Shown: in pieces, positions 1-9,793 of the stretch
Numbering within the stretch: position 1 is the stretch's first letter
How the letters are laid out: every line of letters begins with the position of its first letter
NCBI GenBank assembly: GCA_965222515.1
Contig: CBDCUE010000012.1
Location: forward strand, 52,813 to 116,812
Length of the DNA stretch: 64,000 nucleotides
Direction of reading: 5' to 3'
DNA from: Rickettsiales bacterium
Lineage (GTDB): Bacteria > Pseudomonadota > Alphaproteobacteria > Rickettsiales > JABIRX01
Notes under the pieces: generated by a model
The model's database searches: none
Seen by the model: only the letters and a program-made list of their open reading frames with translations
What the model was told of the DNA's origin: nothing
Translations under genes and position numbers: made by a program

Positions 1-2
1 CA

Positions 3-646
3 AAAAGATTATCAAATATATTTGATAATCTAAAAAGTCAGCTTCAATCACAAGGTTATATGAATGAAGTATTTACATTTGTAGATGCATCCCATTTGAT
101 AAGCAAATCAACATTATGGGAGGAAAGAGATAGGGCAATATCAGACAAGCACAAGAAATTAAATAATCAATTATTACCCAAATATGCTAAAGATAAAGAA
201 GCAAAATTTGGTTCAAAAGGAAAAAATAAATCTTGGCATGCTTTTAAGAAACATACATCAGTAGATATGCAATCAGGATTAATAAACAAAGTATCAGTAA
301 CAGAGGCAAATTTAATAGATAGCAAGGGATTAAAGAAAGTAGCCCCAAAACAAGGTGCCGTATATGCTGATAAGGGTTATTGTGACAAGCATGCAAAACG
401 AGCTGCGGCAGAAAAAGGCTTTCATTTAGCTGCTATTAAAAAAATAATATGAAAGATAAAAACAAGGATTTAGATAAGTTTTATAGTAAGATGAGATCAC
501 CATATGAAAGAATTTTTTCAAAATCTAACCATAGAGTTAGATATTTAGGAATAGCCAAAAATCAATTTACAGAATTTATGAATGCAATTAGCTTTAATTT
601 AAAAAGATTGGTTGTTTTAAATGACGAATCTTCTCAATTTGTATGA
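3..646 (+). pseudogene. IS5-family DDE transposase, 5'-truncated by the window edge and split by a frameshift
   Basis: The frame is open from base 3, with no stop upstream of the ATG at 60. 'FVDASHL', 'AVYADKGYCDKH' and 'YERIFSKSNHRVRYLGIAKNQFTEFMNAISFNLKRL' look like the D, D and E regions of IS5-family transposases. ORFs 60..452 and 449..646 overlap at an A7 run (attaaaaaaataatatg), so a single frame change would join them. Confidence 0.75.
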
Positions 647-850
647 TGTTATAGGGAGAAGTCTATTCAAATTGTGCTTTTTTAGCAAGATTTAGATAAA
701 AAATGATTAAAATAGCTCTAATTTATCCCCAATTTTAGAATTTTTAGCAAAAATTTACAATTTTCCAGATCTTTTGCAAAAATATGCATTTTTCTTGAAA
801 AAATCAACAGTCCCAATATAGTTTCTTATAGTAAAAAAATAAAAAATGTA

Positions 851-2617
851 ATGAGTAATATAAAACAGCAAGTAAAAGGAAGGCCTATGATTTCGTGGGT
901 TGGTAAGAAGCCTTTAGGAACAATAGAGAATTATCCAGCAGGATTGGTTGAAAAAGTAGGTAATAGCAGTAAAGAAGAAATTTTAAAGCCTAATTATGCT
1001 GTTTTAAAGGATAATTGGCATAATTTATTATTTCATGGCGATAATAAAGAAATATTATCTACTTTGCTTACAAGTGGGTTTAGAGGTAAAGTAGATTTAA
1101 TTTATATAGATCCTCCTTTTGATTCAAAGGCAGACTATGTTAAAAAAGTGGAACTCCGAGGAGAAAAAGAAAAATTAACAGCAGAAGAGCAATCATTTTT
1201 TGAACAAGTGCAATATACAGATTTATGGAAAAATGATGAATATTTACAATTTATGTATGAAAGATTAATTCTTTTAAGAGAGTTATTGAGTGAAAAAGGT
1301 AGTATTTATCTACATTGTGATTGGCATAAATCACATTATTTAAGATTTTTACTTGATGAAGTTTTTGGAGAAGGTAATTTTGTTAATGAAATTATATGGA
1401 ATTATAAAGGAACAACAAACACTACCTCCTCCTTTGCAAGAAAACACGATACATTATTTTGTTACAGTAGAACAAAAGATTATATTTTTAATTTTGATAA
1501 TATTAGAATTCCATTTGAAAGTGATGACGGGTTTAAAAAAGATAATAATGGAAAGTATTATAAATATTGGAGTAAAAAAGTAGGTGATTACTACCCTAAA
1601 CAAGAATTTAAAAATGGTAAATGGAATTTATTAGGAAAACCATGTTTAGATGTTTTTAATGATATTCCTTCTATGGCAACTTCTCATGGCTATGAAATGG
1701 AAAACTATCCCACTCAAAAACCTGAAGCATTATTAGAGAGAATAATAAAAGCATCATCAAATGAAAATTCAATAGTGTTAGATTGTTTTGCAGGGAGTGG
1801 AACAACTATGGCGGTTGCTGAAAAATTAAATAGACGGTGGATAGGTGCTGATTGTAATAAAGGTTCAATTCAAACTATTATCAAAAGACTTACTAAAATA
1901 AAACAAGAAAAAGATTTAATAACAAAAAATGATAATGATATTTTGCATTTTCGAGTAAATAATTATGATTTTCAGGAGAAATATTCTTTAAGAGAGATTA
2001 TATTTGATAAATATTCTATAGACAAAATTAAAGATAGTCTTTTTGATGGTGTAATTGGGGAGGAATTAGTAAAAATTGTAGATTTTAATAAACCTTTAAC
2101 AAAGTTAGATATTGAAGAGCTGAAAAATGAGTTAAAAACTACCAAAACTGAAGAAGTTAGAAATATAATTATTATTTGTAGTGGTCAAGAATTAGCACTT
2201 GCTAGTGAATTAGAAAAATATAATAAAAAAACTCCTATTAATAAAATTAAAATTAGAGATATACAAAAAGACGGTTTAATAATGTTTGAGCCAGCAATTT
2301 GTGAGGTAAATATAAAAAGAAATAATAATAAAATATCTATTAAAATAGAAAATTATCTATCACCTACAATTTTAAAAAGATTAAATATGGATAAAAACTT
2401 ATTTAGCGAGCAAATAACAGATTTTAGAAGTCAAATAGATATGGTGTTATTTGATTTTGACTATAATGGTAAGGTTTTTAATATTTGTGATTCTGATATT
2501 CCTAAAAAGAAAAAAGATTTAATAAAAGGAGAATATGAATTTACAGATAGTAGTAAAATTGCACTTAAAATTATAGATATGCTAGGAGAAGAATCATTAA
2601 TTATTGAAGAGGTGTAA
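851..2617 (+). CDS. Beta-class N6/N4 DNA methyltransferase (type III Mod-like) with a ~240-aa C-terminal extension of unknown function
   Basis: Motif IV 'DLIYIDPPF' (nt 1109-1120) lies upstream of motif I 'DCFAGSGTT'. 'NEIIWNY' and '[14 protein letters not shown]' fit PF01555-type methylases. The N-terminus 'ISWVGKK...[12 protein letters not shown]' is typical of Mod-like enzymes. Confidence 0.85.
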   Translation: MSNIKQQVKGRPMISWVGKKPLGTIENYPAGLVEKVGNSSKEEILKPNYAVLKDNWHNLLFHGDNKEILSTLLTSGFRGKVDLIYIDPPFDSKADYVKKVELRGEKEKLTAEEQSFFEQVQYTDLWKNDEYLQFMYERLILLRELLSEKGSIYLHCDWHKSHYLRFLLDEVFGEGNFVNEIIWNYKGTTNTTSSFARKHDTLFCYSRTKDYIFNFDNIRIPFESDDGFKKDNNGKYYKYWSKKVGDYYPKQEFKNGKWNLLGKPCLDVFNDIPSMATSHGYEMENYPTQKPEALLERIIKASSNENSIVLDCFAGSGTTMAVAEKLNRRWIGADCNKGSIQTIIKRLTKIKQEKDLITKNDNDILHFRVNNYDFQEKYSLREIIFDKYSIDKIKDSLFDGVIGEELVKIVDFNKPLTKLDIEELKNELKTTKTEEVRNIIIICSGQELALASELEKYNKKTPINKIKIRDIQKDGLIMFEPAICEVNIKRNNNKISIKIENYLSPTILKRLNMDKNLFSEQITDFRSQIDMVLFDFDYNGKVFNICDSDIPKKKKDLIKGEYEFTDSSKIALKIIDMLGEESLIIEEV

Positions 2618-2620
2618 ATT

Positions 2621-3292
2621 ATGAATCAGGAAAGTAAGCAATTTTTTATTAAAATAGGAAAAAGAGAATACATAGAGGAGCTATATAATAAAGGTAAAGT
2701 GTTTATAAATACAGTTGATTTTTTTAGAAAACATAAAAATCCAGAAATTGGATATAATAAAGAGGGAGTTGATGAAGTAGTTCCACTCAATACCCCTGTT
2801 TATATAAATGGAATAGATATACCTGATAATCGGCCAGATAATATAACTATAACTTATGATAAAGCACTAGAATATACAGAAACACATATTTATTCTATGA
2901 CTTATAAAGAGATGATAATGGAGGCAAGTCAAGAAAAGTTACCCTTTAATGTAAATTTCTTAGAAGGAAATTATAAGGAGTTTGGAGATACTATTTTGTT
3001 TATTATCTCTCCTAATTTATTTATAGAAAAATTAGAGAATGCATTAAAAAAGAAAAAAAGAAAATTTGAGAAAGGTTTAATTAAGTATAAAGAAGATAAG
3101 AAATGGGATGTATTTACTAAACCTATGAAATATAAATCGCAAAATGAGTATAGATATGCCATTTATGGTATTGATAATAAAAAACCACTTGTTTTAGAGT
3201 TAGGATCGTTACAAGATATTGCCATAATAATGGATTTAGCAAAATTTAGAAATCAAATAGAATATAAACAAGATCTAATAAATATTGCATAG
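2621..3292 (+). CDS. Hypothetical protein embedded between the methyltransferase and helicase-nuclease genes
   Basis: 223-aa ORF starting 3 nt after the mod stop and ending 2 nt before the res-like start. I recognise no motif. Codon and composition style match the neighbouring genes. Confidence 0.6.
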   Translation: MNQESKQFFIKIGKREYIEELYNKGKVFINTVDFFRKHKNPEIGYNKEGVDEVVPLNTPVYINGIDIPDNRPDNITITYDKALEYTETHIYSMTYKEMIMEASQEKLPFNVNFLEGNYKEFGDTILFIISPNLFIEKLENALKKKKRKFEKGLIKYKEDKKWDVFTKPMKYKSQNEYRYAIYGIDNKKPLVLELGSLQDIAIIMDLAKFRNQIEYKQDLINIA

Positions 3293-3294
3293 CT

Positions 3295-5889
3295 ATGAGT
3301 TTATTTAAAAAATTACAAGAAAGAGTAAAAATATGGAGAGGTGATAATTACTATTGTGAGAATTATCCACAAATAGCAGAGATTTTATATTATAATAAAA
3401 TAGATGAAAATAATTTCAGGTTTTTAAGAAAACCACAATTTGATGCAATAGAGGTTTATTTATATTTAAGGTTTGTTTTAAAAACTAAGCAGGCAATAGA
3501 TATTTATAAAGAAATTTTTGCAGGTGATAAAGAGGCTTTATTAAGAGCATTATCTATCACTCATATAGGTAGGAATTCTTTAAAATATATAAAGATAGAT
3601 GATGTTTTAGAAGATATAAAAACAGATGCAGAACTTGTTAAAAAATATAAATATCAAACATTATACGAGGCCTTAAATTTAGATTATGCTAGTTATATTT
3701 TAGCCTTAGCAATGGGAGCTGGAAAAACTATTTTAATTGCTTCTATCATTGCTATTGAATTTGCTATATCATTAGATAAAGAGGAGAGTAATGATCTTAA
3801 ATTAATGAAAAATGCTCTTATTTTTGCACCTGGAAAAACAATTATAAAATCTCTTAGAGAAATATCAGATATAAAATTTGAAAATATATTGCCTGCTAGA
3901 TTATTTAAAAAATTTTCTAGCAATGTTAAAATTAATTATACAACAGATACAGATAAAAGATGTGACGGAGTAATGGAAGGGAGTTTTTATAATATATTAG
4001 TTACTAATACAGAGAAAATTATTTTAAGGAAGCATAGCAAAAAAAATGATTGGTTTAAACAAAAAGAAGAGGCAGAAAAATTAACTGAAAATTTAAGATT
4101 GCAGAAAATTGTAAGTCTGCCTAATTTAGCAATATTTTCTGATGAAGCTCATAATACTTATGGAAATGCTCTTGGAGATAATTTAAAAAGAGTTAGGGAG
4201 ACTATAAACCATATTCATAGAAAAAAAAACATTATCTGTGTAATAAATACAACAGGAACTCCATATTTTAAAAAAGCTCCTTTAAAAGAGGTCGTTTTTT
4301 GGTATTCTTTAGATCAAGGAATCAAAGACAATATCTTAAAATCCTTACAAAATAACATTGTATCTTATAGTTCTAATGAATTTAAAGAAGAACAGATAAT
4401 ATTTGATGTAATAAAAGATTTTTTTGATAATTATAAAGATGTAACTGTTGATAAAGGAAAAATTGCAAAAATTGCATTTTATTTTAAAAATGAAGAGCAT
4501 TTACAAAGCTGTAAATTATATATAGAAAAAGCTCTAATCAAATTATCACTAGATATAACACAGATTTTAGTTAATACTCAAAAATCCTCAAAAAAAGATG
4601 AAGAAGAATTTGATAAGTTAAATCATAAGGATAGCAGAAAAAGGATTATATTGTTAATTAATAAAGGAAAAGAGGGCTGGAATTGCCCTAGTTTATTTGC
4701 TACTGCCTTAATTAGAGAGGCGAGCTCATCTAATAATTTTATTTTGCAGGCAAGTACAAGATGTTTAAGACAAGTAATAGGTAATAATAAAAAAGCTAAA
4801 ATCTATTTATCTACTAAAAATACAACTATTTTAAATAAAGAATTAAAAGAAAATTTCAATATGGATATCTCTGATTTACAAAGATCAGATAATGAGAAAA
4901 TAAAAGAGGAAACTGTGTTTATTAGAAAACCTAATCCTCCTAAACTAGAAATCACTAAGATTATAAAGAAAATCATCAGAAGTGATGAGGTTAATAATAA
5001 AAAATTATTATTAAAAATTCCTAATAGTGATTTAAAAAAGAACAATCTATCAAAAACTAATTATAGTATAAGCGAGAAAGGCTTACAAGAAGCATCTTTT
5101 AGTGAAAACATAGATATTCAGGACGAAGATATTATCAGTATTTATAATGCCTCTTGTTTAATTGCAGAAAGATATCACCTTAGTTATAAAAATATATTAC
5201 ATGCCTTGCATAATATATATCCATATAAAATATTATATAAAACACATTTAGATGATTTGTTCTTTCAAATAGAAAACCAAAGCAATAATTACAAAGTTAT
5301 TGAAGAAAAGATCAAGGAAGTATTAGCTATAATAAAATTGAAGGATGATGAAGGTAATTATAACTTTGAAAAAGATAAAAAAGGAGTATTCTATCATAAA
5401 ATAAGGTTTAAAGAGGATGGTTTAAAAGAAAAATTATTATATAAATATGAAGCTAATAAAAAAGATACAGATATAGGTTTTCATTTAAGTATTTATGATT
5501 TTGATTCAACCCCTGAAAAAAGTTTTTTTGAAAAAATATTTAATATACTTAATATTAATAAAGGAGAGGTGCGGGATATATATTTCACAGGCTCAATAAA
5601 TGACTCTAAAAAAACAGATATATATTTTGAATATAAAGATATTGATGGAAGATATAAAAATTATTATCCAGATTTTGTTATTACTAAAAATAATGGAGAG
5701 TTTTTGATAGTAGAAATAAAGGCAAGGAATAAAGAAACAGATGATAATGTTATTGCCAAAAGAAAAGCAGTTGAATATCTAGAAAATATAGATGAAAATA
5801 GCTTTAAATATGTTGTTATATATGCGGATAAAGACATCATTTCTAATGAAAGCCTTTCCCAAGTAAAAGATTTTTGTAATATATCTTGA
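3295..5889 (+). CDS. Type III Res-like SF2 helicase with a C-terminal PD-(D/E)xK nuclease
   Basis: Walker A 'AMGAGKT' (nt 3709-3729), 'FSDEAH' (DEAH at nt 4141-4152), 'TTGTP', 'QASTRCLRQ' (motif VI-like), and a C-terminal 'YYPDFVI...FLIVEIKARN' nuclease core (D at nt 5671). Confidence 0.8.
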   Translation: MSLFKKLQERVKIWRGDNYYCENYPQIAEILYYNKIDENNFRFLRKPQFDAIEVYLYLRFVLKTKQAIDIYKEIFAGDKEALLRALSITHIGRNSLKYIKIDDVLEDIKTDAELVKKYKYQTLYEALNLDYASYILALAMGAGKTILIASIIAIEFAISLDKEESNDLKLMKNALIFAPGKTIIKSLREISDIKFENILPARLFKKFSSNVKINYTTDTDKRCDGVMEGSFYNILVTNTEKIILRKHSKKNDWFKQKEEAEKLTENLRLQKIVSLPNLAIFSDEAHNTYGNALGDNLKRVRETINHIHRKKNIICVINTTGTPYFKKAPLKEVVFWYSLDQGIKDNILKSLQNNIVSYSSNEFKEEQIIFDVIKDFFDNYKDVTVDKGKIAKIAFYFKNEEHLQSCKLYIEKALIKLSLDITQILVNTQKSSKKDEEEFDKLNHKDSRKRIILLINKGKEGWNCPSLFATALIREASSSNNFILQASTRCLRQVIGNNKKAKIYLSTKNTTILNKELKENFNMDISDLQRSDNEKIKEETVFIRKPNPPKLEITKIIKKIIRSDEVNNKKLLLKIPNSDLKKNNLSKTNYSISEKGLQEASFSENIDIQDEDIISIYNASCLIAERYHLSYKNILHALHNIYPYKILYKTHLDDLFFQIENQSNNYKVIEEKIKEVLAIIKLKDDEGNYNFEKDKKGVFYHKIRFKEDGLKEKLLYKYEANKKDTDIGFHLSIYDFDSTPEKSFFEKIFNILNINKGEVRDIYFTGSINDSKKTDIYFEYKDIDGRYKNYYPDFVITKNNGEFLIVEIKARNKETDDNVIAKRKAVEYLENIDENSFKYVVIYADKDIISNESLSQVKDFCNIS

Positions 5890-5898
5890 AAGCAAGTA

Positions 5899-6123
5899 AT
5901 GAGCAGAATAATAAGTTTTTCAACTTCCTCCTCTTCAACAACTTTTAAGGGGGTAAGTAAAAAAAGTATATTTCAGGCAGAAAAAAAGAGTTTTTTTTAT
6001 GCAGAAAATGAAAGAATTAAGCACAAATATATTGAAATATTAAAATACAGATATGGAAAATCATCTAATACTATAAAAAAAGAAATTTATGCACTAGCAG
6101 AATTTGAAGAATTTAATAAATAG
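5899..6123 (+). pseudogene. Possible N-terminal fragment of a tyrosine recombinase/integrase, cut off by an IS insertion
   Basis: 'ERIKHKYIEILKYRYGKSSNTIKKEIYALAEFEEFNK' resembles the N-terminal SAM-like region of a family of site-specific integrases (recalled from memory, not searched). The ORF stop TAG is the first 3 nt of the IS terminal repeat at 6121. Confidence 0.3.
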
Positions 6124-6164
6124 TCGCACCTAAATAATTACATTTTTAGTTAAATTAACAATTA

Positions 6165-6950
6165 TTAAATAATAAAAAGTGTGTTTTTTCTTAAAAAAAT
6201 ACTTTTTATTACAAAAATTACCATTTGGATTTTGGCAAAAAGATAACTATCTATGCAGTTTAACAGCTTTCTTAAGTTAAATCCCATAGCAGTTGCTATT
6301 GCATTCATATTATCTCCCATTTTTCCTTTAAGATAACATCTTGCCCCCCTTGAGCCATCATTTTTAATATAACCTATCACTGACTCTATCGCATTTCTTC
6401 GTTTTTGATATTTCTTTTGCAAAATAGATAATGTTTTCTTTCTTGTTCTTGCCACAATAACATTTTTATCTTTTATTCCATGACCTTTATAGCCTTGATC
6501 AACATAAACCTCCCTAAAACTCTTGCCACTCAACCTTTCTGCTTGTTCCAAATTAGATTTTAATGCATGTCCATCATACGGATTGTTATCAAATGATTTT
6601 GCTCCTAAAACAAAATTTGACCTAGAACTTACTACAAAACCTACTTTACAACCAAACTCATATTTCTTGTGAGCTTTTCCCTTACTTATGCAACTCACAT
6701 CTTCATGCCATGAATAAATCTTATTCTTATCCGTTCTTTGCTGATTGTAAATTAACTTTGCTCTTAGCAATGCTTGAAATAATTTACTATTGTTTTTCAA
6801 ATCTCCTTTCTTATTATCAATATCCCTTATTACTCTACCCAAATAATTCTTTACTTTCTTCTGTTCTGCTTTTCTACCCTTTCTTGACATACTGTATCTC
6901 GCTGACATAAAAAGACTCTTTTTACCAACTATTCTATAATTCTGCCTCAA
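6165..6950 (-). CDS. IS5-family transposase, DDE catalytic part (orfB)
   Basis: 'EVYVDQGYKGH' (second D) and 'RRNAIESVIGYIKNDGSRGARCYLKGKMGDNMNAIATAMGFNLRKLL' (E region) are present. Confidence 0.8.
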   Translation of the reverse strand: MRQNYRIVGKKSLFMSARYSMSRKGRKAEQKKVKNYLGRVIRDIDNKKGDLKNNSKLFQALLRAKLIYNQQRTDKNKIYSWHEDVSCISKGKAHKKYEFGCKVGFVVSSRSNFVLGAKSFDNNPYDGHALKSNLEQAERLSGKSFREVYVDQGYKGHGIKDKNVIVARTRKKTLSILQKKYQKRRNAIESVIGYIKNDGSRGARCYLKGKMGDNMNAIATAMGFNLRKLLNCIDSYLFAKIQMVIFVIKSIFLRKNTLFII

Positions 6951-7026
6951 TTTATACCCTCTGCTTCTGCCAACTTTACCAAACTCTCCCTTGCTTTATG
7001 GTACAGCTTAGTATCTGTAGGATAAG

Positions 7027-7497
7027 TTATTGCTTTTTTTGAACTGTGTTATCTACTGTTACTCTTTTAAAATCAGCTGATTTTAAAACTTTTGTATTTT
7101 TTGCTATTTCTATTGTTTCTGACAATAAATATTCCATTCCTTCTTCTCCTATTCTTTTTCTAAAATACACCAAATTCTCTGGAACTGTTGGTAACTTATG
7201 CTCAAAATATCTACTTCCACAAAAATATTGATAATATGGATTCTCTACCCAAAGCTCACATATCTTTTCATCTGATTGCTTTTCTATTTCTTTTAACATC
7301 AATAATCCACACATTAACCTTATGGGAAGCCCACCTCTACCTAAATTACTATATTTTAATGAAAATTTCTCTTCCATGCTTCTCCAATCTACTAATTTTG
7401 ATAATATTACTAGTTTATGCTTCATATTTATGATATTTACTAATTCATTTCTGAACATATCCATATCATTTCCTGTTTGGTGAGTTTTGTGTAACAT
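7027..7497 (-). CDS. IS5-family transposase, N-terminal part (orfA)
   Basis: 'GRGGLPIRLMCGLLMLKEIEKQSDEKICELWVENPYYQYFCG' is the typical DUF772/transposase N-terminal region of IS5-family proteins. It ends just after an A7G run. Confidence 0.8.
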   Translation of the reverse strand: MLHKTHQTGNDMDMFRNELVNIINMKHKLVILSKLVDWRSMEEKFSLKYSNLGRGGLPIRLMCGLLMLKEIEKQSDEKICELWVENPYYQYFCGSRYFEHKLPTVPENLVYFRKRIGEEGMEYLLSETIEIAKNTKVLKSADFKRVTVDNTVQKKQ

Positions 7498-7696
7498 TTT
7501 TGCAAGGTTTTAAGAGTTATTGGTAATAAGCTTGTGTTTTTACTATGCAAATTATACAAAAAAAACCTTATACTGCAAGGCTTTTTATAGTTTTTTAGGG
7601 ACGACTAATTATTTGTAAGCGGTATTTTATTAGAAATCGTTTTGCAAACAAGATGAATTACAAAAAAATTCAAGATCAATTGCTTTTTCCTTCCAG

Positions 7697-7756
7697 GCTG
7701 TGTCATAATAGCAAAAATAACATTTCAAATACACAAATTTACTAATGCTACACAGC
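7697..7756. repeat. Degenerate palindromic element related to the perfect hairpin at 30168-30252
   Basis: Arms 'GCTGTGTCATAATAGCAAAAAT' and 'AATTTACTAATGCTACACAGC'. The arm and flank 'CCCCTTCACTTTAGAGCTGTGTAGCATTAGTAAA' (reverse complement) resembles 'CCCTTCCTTGAGAGCTGTGT' and 'CTGTGTTGCAATTAGTAAA' at 30105-30190. Confidence 0.4.
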
Positions 7757-7775
7757 TCTAAAGTGAAGGGGAAGC

Positions 7776-8474
7776 TTATTTTTCTATAATTTTAATTCCA
7801 ATTTGAGTATGAGCATAACATAAATATTCAAATTTTATTTTTCTTTTCTCCACAAATTCTTGCCAAGCTTTATATTCGTGATTTTGCCAATTAGGGTAAT
7901 TAAAAAATTCATCAAAAATTATTACAGTTCCTGCTACAATTCTATCTCCCAAAATATCAAAAATGTTTTTTGTTGAACTATATAAATCACAGTCAATATG
8001 TAAAAATGCTATGTCTTCTTTATGATTTTTGCTAAATTCTGGCAGAACATCTTTGAACCATCCTGAAATTAATTTTATATTTTTAGCAAGGTTTTTAGGT
8101 AGATTTCCTTCATTTGATAATTGCCCTTTTAAAGTTTTTGTTCCTGACCAATTCTCAGGAAGTCCTTCAAATGAATCAAAACCATAAAGAGTTTTTTTCT
8201 TGAATTTTTCTTTTTTAGCAAGAATATCAATTGTTGTTCCAGATTTAACTCCAAATTCTAAAATCAAACCTTCTATTTCTAAGTTTTGTAGAGCATAATT
8301 AAAAATTTCATTTCTATTGTGACAAACTGTTGCATTTGGTAGGTTTTCTTCTATAAAATCAATAGTTTTTTGATAAGATCTTAATTTTACCCCAATATAT
8401 GGATGCAAAAAATCAGACCTCATAGAAAATAGATTTTTTAGAATAGATTGCTCTAAATCTTTGATCATTGTCAA
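7776..8474 (-). CDS. Class I SAM-dependent methyltransferase, TylF/MycF-like
   Basis: 'LILEFGVKSGTTI' (SAM-binding loop) and 'FLHIDCDLYSSTKNIFDIL...VIIFDEF' are typical of the TylF O-methyltransferase family. Confidence 0.7.
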   Translation of the reverse strand: MTMIKDLEQSILKNLFSMRSDFLHPYIGVKLRSYQKTIDFIEENLPNATVCHNRNEIFNYALQNLEIEGLILEFGVKSGTTIDILAKKEKFKKKTLYGFDSFEGLPENWSGTKTLKGQLSNEGNLPKNLAKNIKLISGWFKDVLPEFSKNHKEDIAFLHIDCDLYSSTKNIFDILGDRIVAGTVIIFDEFFNYPNWQNHEYKAWQEFVEKRKIKFEYLCYAHTQIGIKIIEK

Positions 8475-8478
8475 ATTA

Positions 8479-9663
8479 CTATTTATTAGTTTTTTTCTTA
8501 TTACAAAATATTGCTAACACAATATAACCTATAACAGCTGATAATAAAGAACCTACAATAATTCCTACTCTCACATTATTTTCAATACCATTACCAGTGG
8601 TAAAAGCTAAGTTTCCTATAAAAATACTCATAGTAAAACCTATTCCTGTTAATACAGAAATTCCATAAATTTGTGGCCAAGTTGATCCTATTGGCATTTT
8701 TATTATTTTTGTTTTAATCAAAATATACACAGCAAAAAATACTCCTAATTGTTTTCCTATAAATAATCCAAAAATTATACCAAGAGAAATTGGATTAGAG
8801 AAAATTGATTCTATACTAACTCCCCCTAAAGAAATTCCTGCATTACAAAAAGCAAAAATAGGCAAGATAAAAAAAGAAGCCCAAGGATGAATTTTATGCT
8901 CTAAACTTTTTAAAGGTGATTGTTTTTTATTTTTGCCTTTCAAAGGAATTGTAAGACCTAATAAAACTCCTGCAATAGTTGCATGAATTCCAGAATTCAT
9001 AATAAAATACCACATTACAAATCCTAATATTAAATAAGGTATTATATTGTAAATTTTGTTCTTATTCAAGATTATTAATATTACAAATATTGATAAAGCT
9101 GTAATTAAAGATAAATAATCAATATGATTATTATATACTAAAGCAATAATGACTATCGCAATTAAATCATCGATAATTGCAAGTGCAGTCAAAAATGCTT
9201 TTAGAGATAATGGCACCCTATCTCCAAACAAAGAAAGAACTCCTAATGCAAAAGCAATATCAGTGGCAGTTGGTATTGCCCAACCTCTTATCGTTTGTGT
9301 TTCTGAAATTACTATTCCATAATTAAAATATATATAAAAAACAGCAGGCACAACTACCCCTCCTAATGCTCCTACAATAGGTAACATTCTCTGTGCTTTT
9401 GTAGATAACTGACCTTCTAAAACTTCTCTTTTTACCTCTAAAGATACCAGCAAGAAAAATATAGGCATTAAAGCATCATTAACAAAATGCTCCATATGAA
9501 GTCCAGTACCAATAATAGGTAACTCTAAGAAATGATGGTAAAGGCCACTAAAAGAACTATTTGCAAGAAATACTGCACATATTGTAACAATTAATAACAA
9601 AATTCCTCCAGTAGCTTGAAACTTCATAAATTTATGTAAAGCTTCTTTTATTTTGTATAACAT
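8479..9663 (-). CDS. nhaA: Na+/H+ antiporter NhaA
   Basis: 394-aa polytopic membrane protein with the NhaA hallmark 'GWAIPTATDIAFALGVLSL' and 'LTALAIIDDLIAI'. Confidence 0.9.
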   Translation of the reverse strand: MLYKIKEALHKFMKFQATGGILLLIVTICAVFLANSSFSGLYHHFLELPIIGTGLHMEHFVNDALMPIFFLLVSLEVKREVLEGQLSTKAQRMLPIVGALGGVVVPAVFYIYFNYGIVISETQTIRGWAIPTATDIAFALGVLSLFGDRVPLSLKAFLTALAIIDDLIAIVIIALVYNNHIDYLSLITALSIFVILIILNKNKIYNIIPYLILGFVMWYFIMNSGIHATIAGVLLGLTIPLKGKNKKQSPLKSLEHKIHPWASFFILPIFAFCNAGISLGGVSIESIFSNPISLGIIFGLFIGKQLGVFFAVYILIKTKIIKMPIGSTWPQIYGISVLTGIGFTMSIFIGNLAFTTGNGIENNVRVGIIVGSLLSAVIGYIVLAIFCNKKKTNK

Positions 9664-9793
9664 ATTTTTTTAAATTAATTAATAATAACAAACTATATCA
9701 AAACTGTTTATATAGCCTGTTCCACAAGGATAACAATCCTCGATGTTTTTTTTAAGAATTATATATATATATATTCTAAGCTCAAATATTTTT

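Larger units (their letters stand above)
6121..7607 (-). mobile_element. IS5-family insertion sequence (~1.49 kb) with imperfect terminal inverted repeats
   Basis: The left end 'TAGTCGCACCTAAA' (6121-) matches the reverse complement of the right end 'TTTAGGGACGACTA' (-7607). It contains two consecutive transposase ORFs on the minus strand. Confidence 0.85.

Noticed and set aside
1353-1583. Short internal or antisense ORFs nested within longer genes (1353..1583, 2971..3162, 3693..3923, 4803..5045, 11131..11376, 12444..12698, 15822..16019, 21646..21987, 33854..34123, 35861..36169, 54501..54875, 57781..58050 and similar)
   Set aside because: All lie inside longer ORFs with clear family motifs and have low-complexity translations typical of AT-rich off-frame reading.
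9761-9774. (AT)7 microsatellite and a nearby small hairpin 'AGGATAACAATCCT' plus T-run between nhaA and nadC
   Set aside because: Short AT repeats are expected by chance in this composition. The hairpin plus T-run is on the plus strand while both flanking genes are on the minus strand, so it is not a convincing terminator.
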